From the NCBI GenBank assembly GCA_951406725.2, contig OX597822.1, forward strand, positions 63,550,001-63,614,000: a stretch of 64,000 bases of DNA, written 5' to 3'. Under the pieces are notes generated by a model that saw only the letters and a program-made list of their open reading frames with translations, had not been told where the DNA came from and searched no databases. Source of the stretch: Octopus vulgaris. Taxonomy: Eukaryota. The position numbers and the translations under genes were made by a program. This document shows, in pieces, positions 1 through 12,873 of the stretch. The first letter of the stretch is position 1; every line of letters begins with the position of its first letter.

Positions 1-150
1 TTTATATACTCAACATTTCTGGTAGCTACAGAGTACTATAGCTACTAATTTAAATACTGTATATGTTAACACTTTATTTAGTATCAGGGGCCTCTCAATG
101 AAGATCTCAGTTCACACAGTATCATGATATCATATATATGTAAACTATAT

Positions 151-459
151 TCTTTCTTTGTGCCCTTTTCAAGCCTAGCCAGGCTCATGGGTCCAGTTTC
201 CTGGTTTCTATGGTGTATGTGTTCCTCCCAGCTGGACGGGACACCAGTCCATTGCAGCGTCACTCAAGGAACAGTAAGGAAGAGTGAGAGAAAGTTGAGG
301 CGAAAGAGTACAACAGGGGTGCCCCCCCCCCTGCCGGAGCCTCATGGAACTTAGGTGTTTCCGCTCAATAAACACACTCAACGCCTGGTCTGGGAATTGA
401 AACCGGGATTCTCTGACCGCGAGTCCGCTGCCCTAACCACTGGGCCATTGCGCCTCCAC
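151..459 (-). mobile_element. tRNA-derived SINE (family D, tail type 1), full length with TSD
   Basis: Minus-strand head GTGGAGGCGCAATGGCCCAGTGGTTAGG...GGTTTCAATTCCC has A/B-box-like motifs. Flanked by ATGTAAACTATAT (138-150) and ATGTAAACTGTAT (460-472), a 12/13 TSD. Confidence 0.85.
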
Positions 460-517
460 ATGTAAACTGTATAGCAGATATATAAACATGGCTAATTTAT
501 ATTTATACACACCTACT

Positions 518-665
518 CGATGAGCTTCCACATAGTTTCCGTCTAGTAAGTTCACTCATGAGGCATTGATCAGTTATATTCAAAGACTCTTGCCCAAGGT
601 GAGACTGAACCTGAACTGGTGTGGTTTCAAGGTGAATGTCTTAACCACGCAGTCATGCCTTGGCC
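518..665 (-). mobile_element. Decayed 5' half of SINE family A
   Basis: CTTGCCCAAGGT...ACTGAACCTGAA...CTTAACCACGCAG matches the reverse complement of the family A head and CORE-like segment. Confidence 0.65.
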
Positions 666-1230
666 TATGTTTTTCTTGTGCTGTTGTTTGTTGACCCTCT
701 TTGCTGCTGCTCCGATTGGAAGCCATACTGTATTCATATGAGAATTACCTCCCCTTCCACTTCCAATAGTATTTTATTCTCTATGATAATGCATATATTA
801 TTTCTCTTAATTTGTCTTTTGTTTTTGAAATCTTTTATCGTTTGTAGAGAATCATTTCACTTATTTTCTTTCCCCTCTGAGTGCCCATCCATTTCAATGA
901 GTTCAAAGCTCTTTTTTTTTTTCTTAGACCAATTTTCTTCTGTCTTTTTTCCCCCCTTCTTTTTCATGCCAATATTATTGGTTTGTATTTTTTAAAAATT
1001 TCTTGCCAACAATATGCTAGTTACCATTTCCTACCCACCCCCACTCTCTCTTTTGTTTTTTTGGTAATAATTGTGGCAGTTCTGTAATTCAGCTAGCCTA
1101 AGTTATTGATTTCAATCTCTTTGTCTAGAATTTTCCTGATAACCAAATCTTGGTCTTCTATTGATTTCATAACATTTATTTATTTATTTTTTATTATTAT
1201 TATTATTATTATTATTTTGATTATCATTTA

Positions 1231-1420
1231 AGGTGGCGGCATGCTGACAGAATCGTTAGCACGCCTGGCAAAATACTTAGCTGTATTTTGTCCATTTCTT
1301 ATGTTCTGAGTTCAAATTCTGCCAAAGTTGATTAAATAAGTACCAGCTGAGTACTGGGGTCGATGCAGTAGACTTATCCCTGCCCTGAATTTTTTCCAGC
1401 CTTGTGCCAAAATTTGAAAT
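1231..1420 (+). mobile_element. SINE family B
   Basis: GACAGAATCGTTAGCACGCCTGGCAAAATACTTAG...GTTCTGAGTTCAAATTC...AATAAGTACCAG is shared with about 20 copies in the window. It sits just after an (ATT)n tract. Confidence 0.8.
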
Positions 1421-1481
1421 CATTCTCCTTATTATTTTTTGTTATTAGTTAAGATGGTAAGCCATCAGAATCATTAGCATG

Positions 1482-1882
1482 CCCAGTTAGAATTTTCTTC
1501 TGGTCAAGTAACCCATCACGCTCAAAAGGTCCCTGAATAAGGGTTGTTTAAAGATGTTGAACGAAACACCCATGTTTCCAGAGGTGAATTATTCAAACCC
1601 CAAAGAATCCCTCTCAACACATGGCTATGATGCTCCCACACTACTTCTGCTCATGATCAGAAGTGCACATATCGTCAGCCACTAAGGGACATGCTCAACT
1701 GGTTAAGGTCAAACAACTGACAAGCAAATCTGTGGTATTGAGCAGAATATTTGCTGTAGCCCATCTTTTATACCAAGACAAAACAATGTACATGATAACA
1801 CTTCCAATCAGTTAAGATCAGAAGCCACGAGAGCCACTGTCTGGTACTGCATCAGGGCATTATTATTATTATTATTATTATT
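1482..1882 (+). mobile_element. 3' end of an unclassified non-LTR retroelement with (ATT)n tail
   Basis: Abruptly interrupts a SINE B head (AGAATCATTAGCATGCC). About 380 bp of higher-complexity sequence ending in CATCAGGGCAT(TTA)n. Clade not determined. Confidence 0.5.
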
Positions 1883-2191
1883 GTGGTAGGAAGGAGAACC
1901 CTATCATTTTAATACTATTTATTTTTGGCTTTTGTTTCTTACGTTGTTAGTTACTTTATCACCACATTATTTTCTTCTGCTTTATACTGAATCATGTTTG
2001 CTATTGATGAGTTTTCAACGTTAGAGACATTTCTTTTATCTCTTCTGTTTGTTGTTATATTGATCATCAATTCAATTATAATGTTTATTGAGTGTGTATG
2101 TGTGTGTGTGTGCGTGCATTTTCTGTAATCGTGACTAATAGGTTAATTGTTAAAACAGTGTTGCTGATGTTCCTGCTCCTTCTACCTTTGT

Positions 2192-2414
2192 CGTTTCTTT
2201 TACTTGTTTCAGTCAGTTGACTGTGGCCATGTTGGAGCACCGCCTTTAGTCGAGCAAATTGACCCCAGGACTTATTCTTTGTAAGCCTAGTACTTATTCT
2301 ATCGGATCTCTTTTTGCCGAACTGCTAAGTGATGGGGATATAAACACAACAGCATTGGTTGTCAAATGATGTTGGGGGGAACAAACACAGGCACACAAAC
2401 ATACATATATATAT

Positions 2415-2457
<43 letters not shown>

Positions 2458-2625
2458 TACAAAGGTCTTCTTTCAGTTTCCATCTACCAAATCCACTCAC
2501 AAGGCTTTGGTCGACCCGAGGCTATAGTAGAAGACACTTGCCCAAGGTGCCACACAGTGGGACTGAACCCGGAACCATGTGGTTGGTAAGCAAACTACTT
2601 ACCACACAGCCATTCTTATGCCTAT
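2192..2625 (-). mobile_element. SINE family A (tRNA head, CORE-like domain, internal microsatellite), full length
   Basis: Contains GACACTTGCCCAAGGTGCCAC (reverse complement resembles the MIR CORE motif ACCTTGGGCAAGT), an internal (TA)/(CA) tract and the conserved tail TTTTACTTGTTTCAGTC. Confidence 0.9.
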
Positions 2626-2894
2626 ATCAATAATTTTTTTTATCAATAATTTTTTTTATCAATAATTTTTTTTTCATTAAATATTTTAATAATTTGATAA
2701 TTTGTTTGCATCAAAGCATTGTTCTTGATTTCTAAAATTTAATCAACATATTTGATGTTTAATGTGATAGTCATTATCTGTGTCAAGTGTTGATATGTAT
2801 CATGCACAATGTGTATGATCCTGCCAACATGTGTATGTGTCCTAAATCTGTGACTTCTATTTTTTTTTCTTGGTTGGTTAACAAGCAATATGCA

Positions 2895-3257
2895 TAAGCT
2901 TGCTGTGTGGTTGAAAAGCTGTGTGGTTGCAATCATGTAGCTTCAGGTTCAATTCCACTGCACAGCACCTTGGGCATGTGTCTTCTACTATATCATTTAT
3001 CTTTTTTATTTGTTTCAGTCATTAGACTGTGGCCATGCTGGAGCACCATCTTGAAGGATTTTTTTAGTCGAATGAATTAACCCCAGTTCTTTTTTTTTTT
3101 AGCGCCTGGTACTTTTTCTATCAGTCTTTTTGCTGATATTGGTTGGTCTGAAGCTATAATAGATCACACTTGCCCAAGGTGTCACATTGTGTGACCTGAC
3201 CCTGAAACCACATTGTTGGAAAGCAAGCTTCTTAACCCCACAGCCATGTCTATGCCT
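2895..3257. mobile_element. SINE A head (+, 2895-2992) abutting an internally deleted SINE A (-, 2996-3257)
   Basis: CAGCACCTTGGGCATGTGTCTTCTACTATA on + and CACTTGCCCAAGGTGTCAC on -. Confidence 0.7.
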
Positions 3258-3720
3258 ACTGTTTTATTTTTTTAATTTTTTATAAAATAAGTTCTTAACA
3301 CATTTGTCACAGAACTCCAAAAGATTTTCATGGAAACCATTTTGAGGAAACATTTCTCCTTAAATAACCTCTGCCAGACAAAGATAACTTGAGAGAGAGA
3401 GATGCAATTTTTTTTTCTATTTCTTCTTTCTTTCTTTCTTTCTTTTTTCTTTTTCTTTTGGTTATTTCTTTTTTTTTTTTTGTTCTCGGTTAAGCACTAA
3501 ATGGCTGGCGTGATAACTTGAAATAAAAAACCAGAGAAACATTTGCTGTTGTGATATCTTTAGTTAAAAGACAATAAGCGCTACTGTCTCTTTAGAATCT
3601 CTCAGTTTTGTTATTGTTATGTGTTTGTGATGTCTTGTAATTTAACTCGGCCAGTTAATGTTGTTTGGTGTCAGGAACATAAGTGTTGCTGTCTTCTGGC
3701 AATCAAGACTATGCACTATG

Positions 3721-3753
<33 letters not shown>

Positions 3754-4139
3754 TTATTGTGTAAGTCTTATCCTGTAAAGTTAGCCTGTTTTAACTCATC
3801 TTGTCCCGGTGGTTAGTTGATTCTTATTGGAACATTTAATAACGCTTTTAGAATATTTGTTATTCCTTGAAGCAGAAAGTGGAAGTGGCAAGTGAAGTTG
3901 TATAATCTTGAATAAATTTTGTTGGAAGATGGCTAAAAATGGTGAGTGTTCTTTAGCATGGCAATATGGGTCAGTTCTAAGTTTCCTCTCTGGTTCCTTT
4001 CTGCGTAGAGTGTCGCTCAGCAGGATGGAGAGACCACATCTCTTTTAATGGCAAGTGGGTGGGAATTAAAGTGGTGATGGGTGGGTGTGTTGGTTGGTCT
4101 CAGTTTTCCACAATGTGGTTATCTCCTTTTTTAGGCATT

Positions 4140-4436
4140 ACACACATATACACATGCACACACAGATACACATAGATGCATACACAGACATACGCATGCA
4201 CACACACATACATACAGACGCACATACTTACAGACTGACAGACACATACAGACAAGCACACGGACACATACAGACAGACGCACACACATACAGACACACA
4301 GACACACACATACAGACAAGCAGACACACACATACAGACAGACGCACACACACACACACACACACACATACAAATGCATGCGCACACATACACATGTGCA
4401 TATAGACATGCACACACACACACACACACACAGACG
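4140..4436. repeat. Compound (CA)n/(CAGA)n microsatellite
   Basis: Directly visible. Confidence 0.95.
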
Positions 4437-4493
4437 CATGAAGATGCATTAAGATTTTCAAGTTATTTTCATTAGCATTATTCATTAAAAAAT

Positions 4494-4713
4494 GTGGCAA
4501 GTTGGCAGAATCATTAGCACACCAGGCAAAATGCTTATCGGCATTTTGTTCATCTTCACTTTCTGAGTTCAAATACTGCCAAGGTTAACTTTGCCTTTTA
4601 TCTTTTCAGGGTTCAGTCAAATAAGTACCAATAGAGTAACTGGGATCGATGTAACCGACATTCTCCCTTCCCCCAAAATTCTTGGCTTTGTTCCAAAATG
4701 TGAAATCATTATT
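4494..4713 (+). mobile_element. SINE family B
   Basis: TTGGCAGAATCATTAGCAC...TTCTGAGTTCAAATAC...CTTTGCCTTTTATCTTTTCAGGG. Confidence 0.8.
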
Positions 4714-4996
4714 CATTGAAAATTCTTTTTTTTTTCTAATTTGTATTAGGTGGTACTAATTGTATATGATGATAATTAGTCACATGACTTCTCTCACTTC
4801 CAATATCTGCTGTTGTTGCTTTGCTCCTGGTTGAGATTTCTCTTAGGTCAAAAAAATGGAAAGAAATTTTATTTCTGTTTTTGGTGTCTTGTACTCATTT
4901 ATCATGGTAGAATAACTGGATTAAATTTTTTTGACGGAACAATTTATTTTTGATATTTCCTTTTACTGGATCCTCCTCCTCTTAATCACTCTAAAC

Positions 4997-5472
4997 CAGT
5001 GGTTTTCAACAGGGATCCATATAGCCTTTGTGGGGTCCATATGTCCTTCGGGAGTCCATATGATCCTTGGGATGTCCATATGACCTTTGGGAGTCCATAT
5101 GACTCTTGGGAGTCCATATGACTTTTGGGAGTCCATATGACCTTTGGGAGTCCATATGACCTTTGGGAGTCCATATGACCTTTGGGAGTCCATTTGACCT
5201 TTGGGAGTCTATTTGACCTTTGGGTGTCCATATGACCTTTGAGAGTCCATATGGCCTTTGAGGGTCCATATAAGATTTTGCTCTTAGGATTTATGTGCAA
5301 TAAATCAATTATACTTCTATAATACACAAAATATTTTAATTTTTAAAAATACAATTCCTAATAATATTTATAGGATCTCTTTTTATATATACAGTCAATG
5401 GCTGTGTAGGTCTAGTGGAATAAAATAGGAATCAAAGGGGTCCATAGGCAAAGAAATGGTTGAAAACCATTG
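4997..5472. mobile_element. Non-autonomous hAT (Charlie-like) MITE
   Basis: TIRs CAGTGGTTTTCAAC / GTTGAAAACCATTG and a perfect 8-bp TSD CTCTAAAC (4989-4996, 5473-5480). Confidence 0.9.
5016..5271. repeat. 19-bp minisatellite (GGGAGTCCATATGACCTTT), about 13 units, inside the hAT MITE
   Basis: Head-to-tail units with no spacers. Confidence 0.95.
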
Positions 5473-5824
5473 CTCTAAACCTTGAAGTAGGAATGGGACA
5501 TACTCTGTCAGTCAGGCAGACTGACGTTAGCAGAGTTATGTACCTTGTTTAGGAACATTATATCATGGCTGTTGTAAACTCTGAATTCAAAACCATTGAA
5601 TCAAATCTGCAAATCAACAACTGTTATTACTGGGAATGTGCCATTAGTATATCCTGAAAACCAACTGATAATGCCAACAATGTTGCTAATAAAATTATAT
5701 GTAAACAGTGTATTTTAATTTGTAAAATGATATATCGCTATAAAATAATATATACACTTGAAACAACATTAGACTAGATTTATATATACATAATGTATAT
5801 ATAAATGTGGAACAGCACTTGCTG

Positions 5825-5876
<52 letters not shown>

Positions 5877-6059
5877 TCTGAGAAACTTCTTGAAGGGATT
5901 TGTGTGTTTAAAATCTTGGTTATTTCTGAAATGTCTTGTTTCTTATACCATATAACATAGACATAATATTACACCATATAACACATACAATATTATTACA
6001 TAGATGAACTATATTGCTTCATGCAACAATTGTACTATATGGCATCATGCAATATATGA

Positions 6060-6103
<44 letters not shown>

Positions 6104-6232
6104 TAATTGTGATGAACCATAACCTTGGACCCTGCTATAAGAATACTTGGAGTTCTTCACTAATCTAAACAATATTGTTAAACTGGTGTGCCAACAGAGA
6201 GCTTACTTGGATTGATAATCTCACACTGTTAG

Positions 6233-6277
<45 letters not shown>

Positions 6278-6826
6278 TGTCATGTGAAATTTGCTCTATT
6301 TATGCCATCATATACCAGGTACTATATAACTGCATATAGCATAGGTATTATATCACATCGTATAGTGTACATACTATATTATATAAGCATATATTATCTC
6401 ATATTGTGTTATTTTAAAACCAGGTTATTTGGCTGTTTGTATGCCCATTGACATGTTTGCTTTTTAGTCAAGCAAAAAACGAATGCCAATTATAAGCTAA
6501 AGAAGTTAGCAATCTGGATCTAGACTTCATTAAATTTTACCGGTTATGTTTCTATGGTATGCCCATCACTCTATTTAGATAAGAAAGACAACATTTTGTT
6601 TTTACATTTAAATTGTTGGTAATGTATAGATTGAGCTCTGTTTGAGCTTCTCAGATTCTGGATTTGCAAAGTATTCTTGCTCAGGCTAACAAGGGAGGAT
6701 TGGGATTTCCATATGTATATCCAGTAAAAGGAGAATTCCTGCTGTATGATGGCATATAATATCTGATACCCGTATAGGAGCTTTGTAAAGCATGCTATAA
6801 GGTTATTACCCAGATGATATTATATA

Positions 6827-7322
6827 TCATCATCATCATCATTGCTTAACGTCTGTTTTCCATGCTAGCTTGGGTTGGACAGTTCGACTGGGGTCTGGGA
6901 AGCTAGGAGGCTGCACCAGGCTCCAGTCTGATCTGGCAGTGTTTCTACAGCTGGATGTCTTTCCTAATGCCAGCCACTTCGTGAGTGTAGTGGGTACTTT
7001 TTACATGCCACCGCCATAGGGGCCAGAGTAGGCTGGCAATGGCCACAATCGGTTGGTGCTTTTTACATGCCACCAGCATGGGTATCACAACTACAATTCC
7101 ATTTGATTTTTATTTTGATGTTGATGCACTTGACTCAATAGATCTCCTCAAGCACAGCAGGTTGCCATCCTGTGATCCAAAGTACTTTGAATGGGCTGGG
7201 GCCGGTTGTGTGATGCTGGTGTAGGATACAGCCATGAACTCACTTTATTTGTTGGGTCTTCACAGTCACAGCATATCTTCAGAGGTCTCAGTCTTTCGCC
7301 ATTGTCTCTGTGAGGCCCAGCA
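6827..7322 (-). mobile_element. RTE-LINE 3' UTR fragment
   Basis: (CAT)n tail followed by the reverse complement of the 3' UTR found downstream of the RTE ORF at 23379-24522 (TTCTACAGCTGGATG..TTCCTAATGCC). Confidence 0.8.
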
Positions 7323-7332
7323 TTTGTTTTAT

Positions 7333-7371
<39 letters not shown>

Positions 7372-7458
7372 AAATTTGTAAGTGATTTTATGAACATAAG
7401 AGATTGTATTCAGTGCATTGTGTTAAGCGGGAATATATTTTATTATGATGTAGCAGGT

Positions 7459-7665
7459 AAAGGTGGTAAGCTAGCAGAATCATTAGCAGGTTGGACAAGA
7501 TATTTAGCAGCATTTCTTTGAACTTTACATTGAGTTCAAATTCTGATGAAGTTAACTCTGCTTTTCATTCTTTTGGGGGCAATAAAATATGTACCCATCA
7601 TGTGCTGAGACTTATGTAATCATCTCCAAAAATTTTAGACCGTGCCTATAGTAAACAACAATTAT
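7459..7665 (+). mobile_element. Decayed SINE family B
   Basis: AGGTGGTAAGCTAGCAGAATCATTAGCA...GAGTTCAAATTCTG. Confidence 0.7.
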
Positions 7666-10389
7666 AACATCGTAGAAATGTATATGCATATATATTCATG
7701 TATGTATATATGTATATATATGTTGCTTTGTGTAATGTTTGGTTTCCTAATACATTAGAACTATCAGATCTGTCCATATGTTTAGCTTTTTTTTACCCTG
7801 TCTCATTTATTTACCAGAAAAATAAAGAAGTATGTTTATCTTTTCTAAAGTATCAGAAGTAATTTTAATTCTCTGTGCAAGCATGCAAATTTAATTTGTC
7901 AGGAATGTATTCAAGAAATTGAGAATATGAATTTTTTTTTTTTTTTTGATGTCTTGTCTTCTGTTGTCAAATCCATTATCAGAAAATGGTGCCTGTCTTA
8001 TGAATTCAATCCCACTATTTCTTCTACTGTGAACAATGTTGTTCCTATTTCAAAATATTCAATTTCTTAAAGATGTGAAAGATTAATTTAGTTTCTATCT
8101 ATTTTGAATAGAAACTTTCTTCTAAAGCTTGTGTTGTGTGTATGTATGTAAATGTATGTACGGAAGTATGTATGTATGTATGTATATGTAAATATGTGGC
8201 AGTAAGAGAATTGGGGAAAATAATATTTTATATTAAATATAAATTTAATCTCCTGAATGTTTTCTGAGTTAGACAAAAACAAAAAAAGAGAGAGAGAAAG
8301 AGAGAGAGAAAACAAAACGTAATAATTTCTTTTTAATTTTGGTTAAAGTCAAATGAAATTTATGGACAATATTGTTTTAAATTCAATATTCATTTTATAG
8401 ATTTGCTTTTAATCTGGTTGAAATACAAGCAAACAAAACGAAAACCAACAAGTGACACGTAAATAGCTCATTTTGGTCCTTTTCATCCACTATTGCTTTT
8501 TTTTTTCTTTTCTTTTCTTTTCTATTTTTTTCTCTTTCTTTAAACATCTGCAAAAGTTCTTTCTTCTTCCAGCCCTTTGAGTTCAGTTAATCTCTCCATG
8601 GACGCGGGCTGTCTTTCTTTTTACCTGCTCATTATCAAATCCAACTCCTTACACCAGAAGTTAACCTGGCAAGCACCTCCAGACTCTGTTGTCTGATGAA
8701 GAGGCCTCCACTGGCAGTGTTCTTTTCTACATCACAAGTCGTCCTTTGACTTACTCTATCTAACCAATGGCTTCTTCAAACAACGAACTTTATCCATCTT
8801 TCTCCTTAGATTCTACATCAAAATAATACCTTTAAATATGCGAAGAATATTACAGTTTAATGAATTAAATCTTATCATCTCCTACAAAGAACTTGCCTTT
8901 TACTAGATTTTACAAGCAATTCCAATCCATCTTCAGTTGTTCACCTACCGGATTATATAAAACTGGTTCATCAGTTTTTATATAAGTGAATGGATGTTAC
9001 TCTGCTTGGCAGTGATCCTTCACAAAGCTTCTGAGATTTGGAAGTATGGAAGTCTGCGATACCTTTTGCTCCTTTTTGGGGGGGTTGATTGTTATACCTA
9101 TGCTTAAGTTTGGTTCAGAATCTTCATGAATTTTTGCAATGGAGTTAATAAAATTATAATTTATACTTCAGTGCAAAATGAAATTACAGCATTCGTTACA
9201 GTCTTTATAAATGAATGCTTTGATATATTTATCCAATCCAATAATACATTACAGTGGGCAAAATTGTCCCTTTGAATGTTAATGCCCATAATTTCTAAAA
9301 ATATATATGTATTTTATTCATAAAATTAATATAAAATACTTATATATTCGCATTTCTTCCTGCAACTATACAATTCCTATAATTTCTGTGTTAGTATTAT
9401 ATTCTAGAGCTTTCTATGCTGTTCATGCCCATCATAATATTCTTTTCTTTCTTTCTTTTTTTCTTCTCATCCATTCACTGTATATAATTTTCCCTCTTGT
9501 AGAGAATAAAAATTAATAAATTATTCTAAATTATATTGTTTCCGTCTTTTTCTTGAAAGTGCATTTCGCTTTTCCAATTCATCAAAAGGAATGGAAATAT
9601 CTTTTGTGTTATTTCTTTAACAATTAGAATATATTTTGTGCCTTAACTAATAAAATAGCTAAAAAAAATAACAACACATATTACTGTCTCCAGATATTCA
9701 GTTTCAAGACTATTGAGAAAATTTGAAAAAAATATTAAAAAAACTAAGAAAAAAAAAAGACTGCTTCTCTGATCTGAAGATTTATATATTTATTCAGTTT
9801 GTATACCACAAATTTTCTCTAAATATATTTTAGAGAAATAATTGTTAACTTGCTGTTTTGGAATTTTAAGAATAATGGTTGAGAATTCTTTAGAGAAGCA
9901 GTTTTAAAATGCTTAATTTTTAGATTGAATTGCAAACTAAAAAAAAAAAAAAAAGATGAAAAATTTAATAAAACCAAGGTGCACACTGAACAAATAGTTA
10001 TTGACAAAAACAAGGGTTTACTATGCTTGTACCCCAAAAAGCACACTCGATCAGTGAAAGAGATACAGTACTTACTCATGTGTGATGTAGGGAAATTTAA
10101 TACAAAACATAAAGGTCAGAATTGGTCAGTAGCATAATGTGGTGGTGGTAGCGATGGTGGTTGAGCTTCCAATTAATTGAATCAAGGAAACTGTTTCTGT
10201 TGCTTCTTTTTCAAATTCCTGATACCGTCTGTCAGTTGCAACATCTGACAAAAGTGTCACCATTTTCTGATAACAGGGCAGGATTTGAACCCAGAATGCT
10301 TAAAGCTGGAATAGATACCATGAGGCAATCGGTTTGATATTTTGACAATTCTCTCAATCCATTACCCTGCACTCGTTCTTATGTATGTG

Positions 10390-10558
10390 CTCAGGTGTAG
10401 CTGTGTGGTAAGAAGTTTGCTTCCCAACTGCATGGTTTTGGGTTCAGTTCCACTGCATGGCACCTTAGGCAAGTGTCTTTTACTATAACCTTGGACCAGC
10501 CAATGCCTTATGAGTAGATTTGGTAGATAGAATCTGAAAGAAGCCCATTGTGTATATG

Positions 10559-10624
<66 letters not shown>

Positions 10625-10672
10625 TATATGTGTGTGTGTGTGTGTATGTGTGTGTGTGTGTGTGTGTATATA

Positions 10673-10703
<31 letters not shown>

Positions 10704-11097
10704 GTATATATGTGTGTGTGTGTGTATATATGTGTGTGTGTGTGTATATATGTGTGTGTGTATGTATATGTGTGTGTGTGTATATATATGTGTGTGTGTG
10801 TATGTATATGTGTGTGTGTGTGTATATATATATGTGTGTGTGTGTGTATGTATATGTGTGTGTGTGTGTGTATATGTATATGTGTGTGTGGGGGTTTCCA
10901 CCACTCCACTGCTTGATAAGCTGTGTTGGTGTGTTTATGTCCCTGTTACTCAGTGGTTTGGCAAAAGAACTGACGGAATAAGTACCTGGCTTATGAAAAG
11001 AATAAGTACTGGGGTCGATTCATTTGATTAAAAATTCTTCAAGGCAGTGCCCCAGCATGGCCACAGTCTAATGACTGAAACAAATTAATGATAAAAG
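10390..11097 (+). mobile_element. SINE family A with an internal (TG)/(TA) tract expanded to about 340 bp
   Basis: Head at 10390-10547, microsatellite at 10548-10890, tail ending ATGACTGAAACAA...AAAAGA. Confidence 0.9.
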
Positions 11098-11376
11098 ATG
11101 TATGTATATATATCAACAATGCCATCTTAAGGCAAGGGCATAGTGGGCTGTTGCCTAGGAGTCTCATAGATCTAGGGACTTAATTCTGATCTATGTACAC
11201 TGTGGCTTGTTGTCAATAGGTAACTGCTATAAGGCCCAGTGTATTGATTTGTCTGTGGGCCTATAATTCTTTGAAAAGATGAAAGGCAAGGTTGATTTTT
11301 AGGAATTTGAATTCACAGTGCTGTTAGTATTCATCTGTCGGTCTCGAGAGACCATGGATCTGTGCCCGAAGAATTG

Positions 11377-11675
11377 CAGGGCTGTGGAGTCGAAGCAAAA
11401 ATCTTCGACACTGACACTATTGGCACCTCCGACTCCAACTCTGATTTCGACTCTGACTCCACTTTATGTAATTAAGTGATTGTGGTCTACATATCTCATA
11501 AAGCATATGCATACACTTGTACTTTGAGTAGGCCTGTATGTTATTACTGGTTTATATTAAAGAATAAAGACATTGTGAGTTGGAATCAGAGTCGGTATAG
11601 TTTTACTGCCCCCAACACCAGCTACCCCTTAATTGTTTCCAACTCCAACTCCATGACTCTGACTCCACAGCCCTG
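11377..11675. mobile_element. hAT-like MITE with subterminal GACTCC repeats
   Basis: Perfect 15-bp TIRs CAGGGCTGTGGAGTC / GACTCCACAGCCCTG. The flanks AGAATTG and AGAACTTG look like a decayed TSD. Confidence 0.8.
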
Positions 11676-12399
11676 AGAACTTGAGTCAGCTGCTGGCGGT
11701 GGTGCACTGTCTGTTGTGGCTGTAGAGGCCCACAGTGCAGAGAATTGGAACAAATACTGTGAGGTATTTTATTCCAGCGCTCCAATGGTTCTGACAGTTC
11801 ATAGACTTTGGGTAACATATTTTTGAGTGATGTCAGACCCTTGGGTAGTGTTATACTTAAGTATGAAAAAAAAAAAAGAGTGGAGAGGGTTGCATTATGT
11901 TTGAAACCACATTGTGTTTTGAGTAAATAATAATTCATGGTATAGATGGTCTGACCTGCAAATATTAAAGGAGGATGATAATAGCCAATCTCCAGCTAAC
12001 AACTGCTTAACTATTTAACTATCTGATGCGTTGTAATTGTGATATAGATGAAACTTGCGGAACATTTTTGCTGCTACATCATGTGATAGAAATTATTGGG
12101 TGAATATCTCTGAATATATAATCTTTTGAATTTTATCATCAATAATAAAGTGTTGTTGCAATTCATTTTTTGAAATCAAGTAACGAGAGACAAATAGGCA
12201 GTACCATGACCTTTGCAAACTCCGTCTGACTTGTGAAATTAATGCAGTATTTATTTATTTATTCAGTTTGAACTTGTGTAGGTTCATACTTACTAGAACA
12301 ACAGGGCTGTGCAAGGAATTTCAGAAGGTTGCAGCTCTGAGGAAGAATAACTGGGGGAAGCAAGGGTTGTATAGGGTTTATTATTGTCTTGCAAATTAA

Positions 12400-12615
12400 G
12401 GTTGTGAGTTGGTGGAATCAATAACTAGTCAGGCAAAATACTTAGCACCATTATTTCTAACTCTTTATGTTCCAGGTTCAAATTTGCTGAGGTTGACTTT
12501 GTCTTCTTTCTTTTTGGGGTCACTAAGATAAATACTAGTTGAACACTGATTTTGATGTAATTGACCTACACCCTCCCTTAAAATTGCAGGCCTTGCGTCA
12601 AAATTTGAAGCAGTT
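12400..12615 (+). mobile_element. Decayed SINE family B
   Basis: GAGTTGGTGGAATC...GGTTCAAATTTGCTGAGGTTGACTTTG. Confidence 0.7.
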
Positions 12616-12640
12616 ATTGTCATACAAATTAGATATTTAA

Positions 12641-12845
12641 CCCTTTTGATACTAGCCCAGCCGAAGCCACCTCTGGCTTGTTTTCAAAAGCTCTGAATTA
12701 AAATCTTCCACCAAACCTTAGTCACAGTTTTTGTTCCTAACACTAGCTCAATGATAACCAAACTATTTTACTAAATTCTTTGTTATATTTAAAATCAATT
12801 GAAAGAAACACAGAGCATCTCAACAGAAATATCATAACAAAAGGG
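12641..12845 (+). mobile_element. piggyBac-type MITE (family P1), internally deleted
   Basis: TTAA|CCCTTTTG...CAAAAGGG|TTAA. TTAA TSD and CCC/GGG termini are diagnostic of piggyBac. Confidence 0.85.
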
Positions 12846-12873
12846 TTAAAATATATAGAGAAACAATTCTTTA

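Noticed and set aside
380-459. tRNA genes at SINE heads (also 23240-23318 and 31813-31885)
   Set aside because: A/B-box-like motifs run directly into SINE bodies, and I could not form a convincing cloverleaf.
2359-2589. Recurring peptide LLSVSVYQIHSQGFG...EDTCPRCH..GLNPEPCGW suggesting a gene family
   Set aside because: It is the antisense translation of SINE family A.
4085-4572. Long ORFs rich in C/V/H/T/Y/I (also 10362-11031, 32986-33569, 34711-35104)
   Set aside because: They are translations of microsatellites that lack stop codons.
5016-5271. CRISPR-like or repeat-protein appearance of the 19-bp array
   Set aside because: There are no unique spacers and no cas genes, the context is eukaryotic, and the array lies inside a hAT MITE.
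8550-9260. Complex unique sequence that might be a decayed ORF (also about 52830-53340)
   Set aside because: The frames I translated contain stops and no identifiable motif; BLASTx would be needed.
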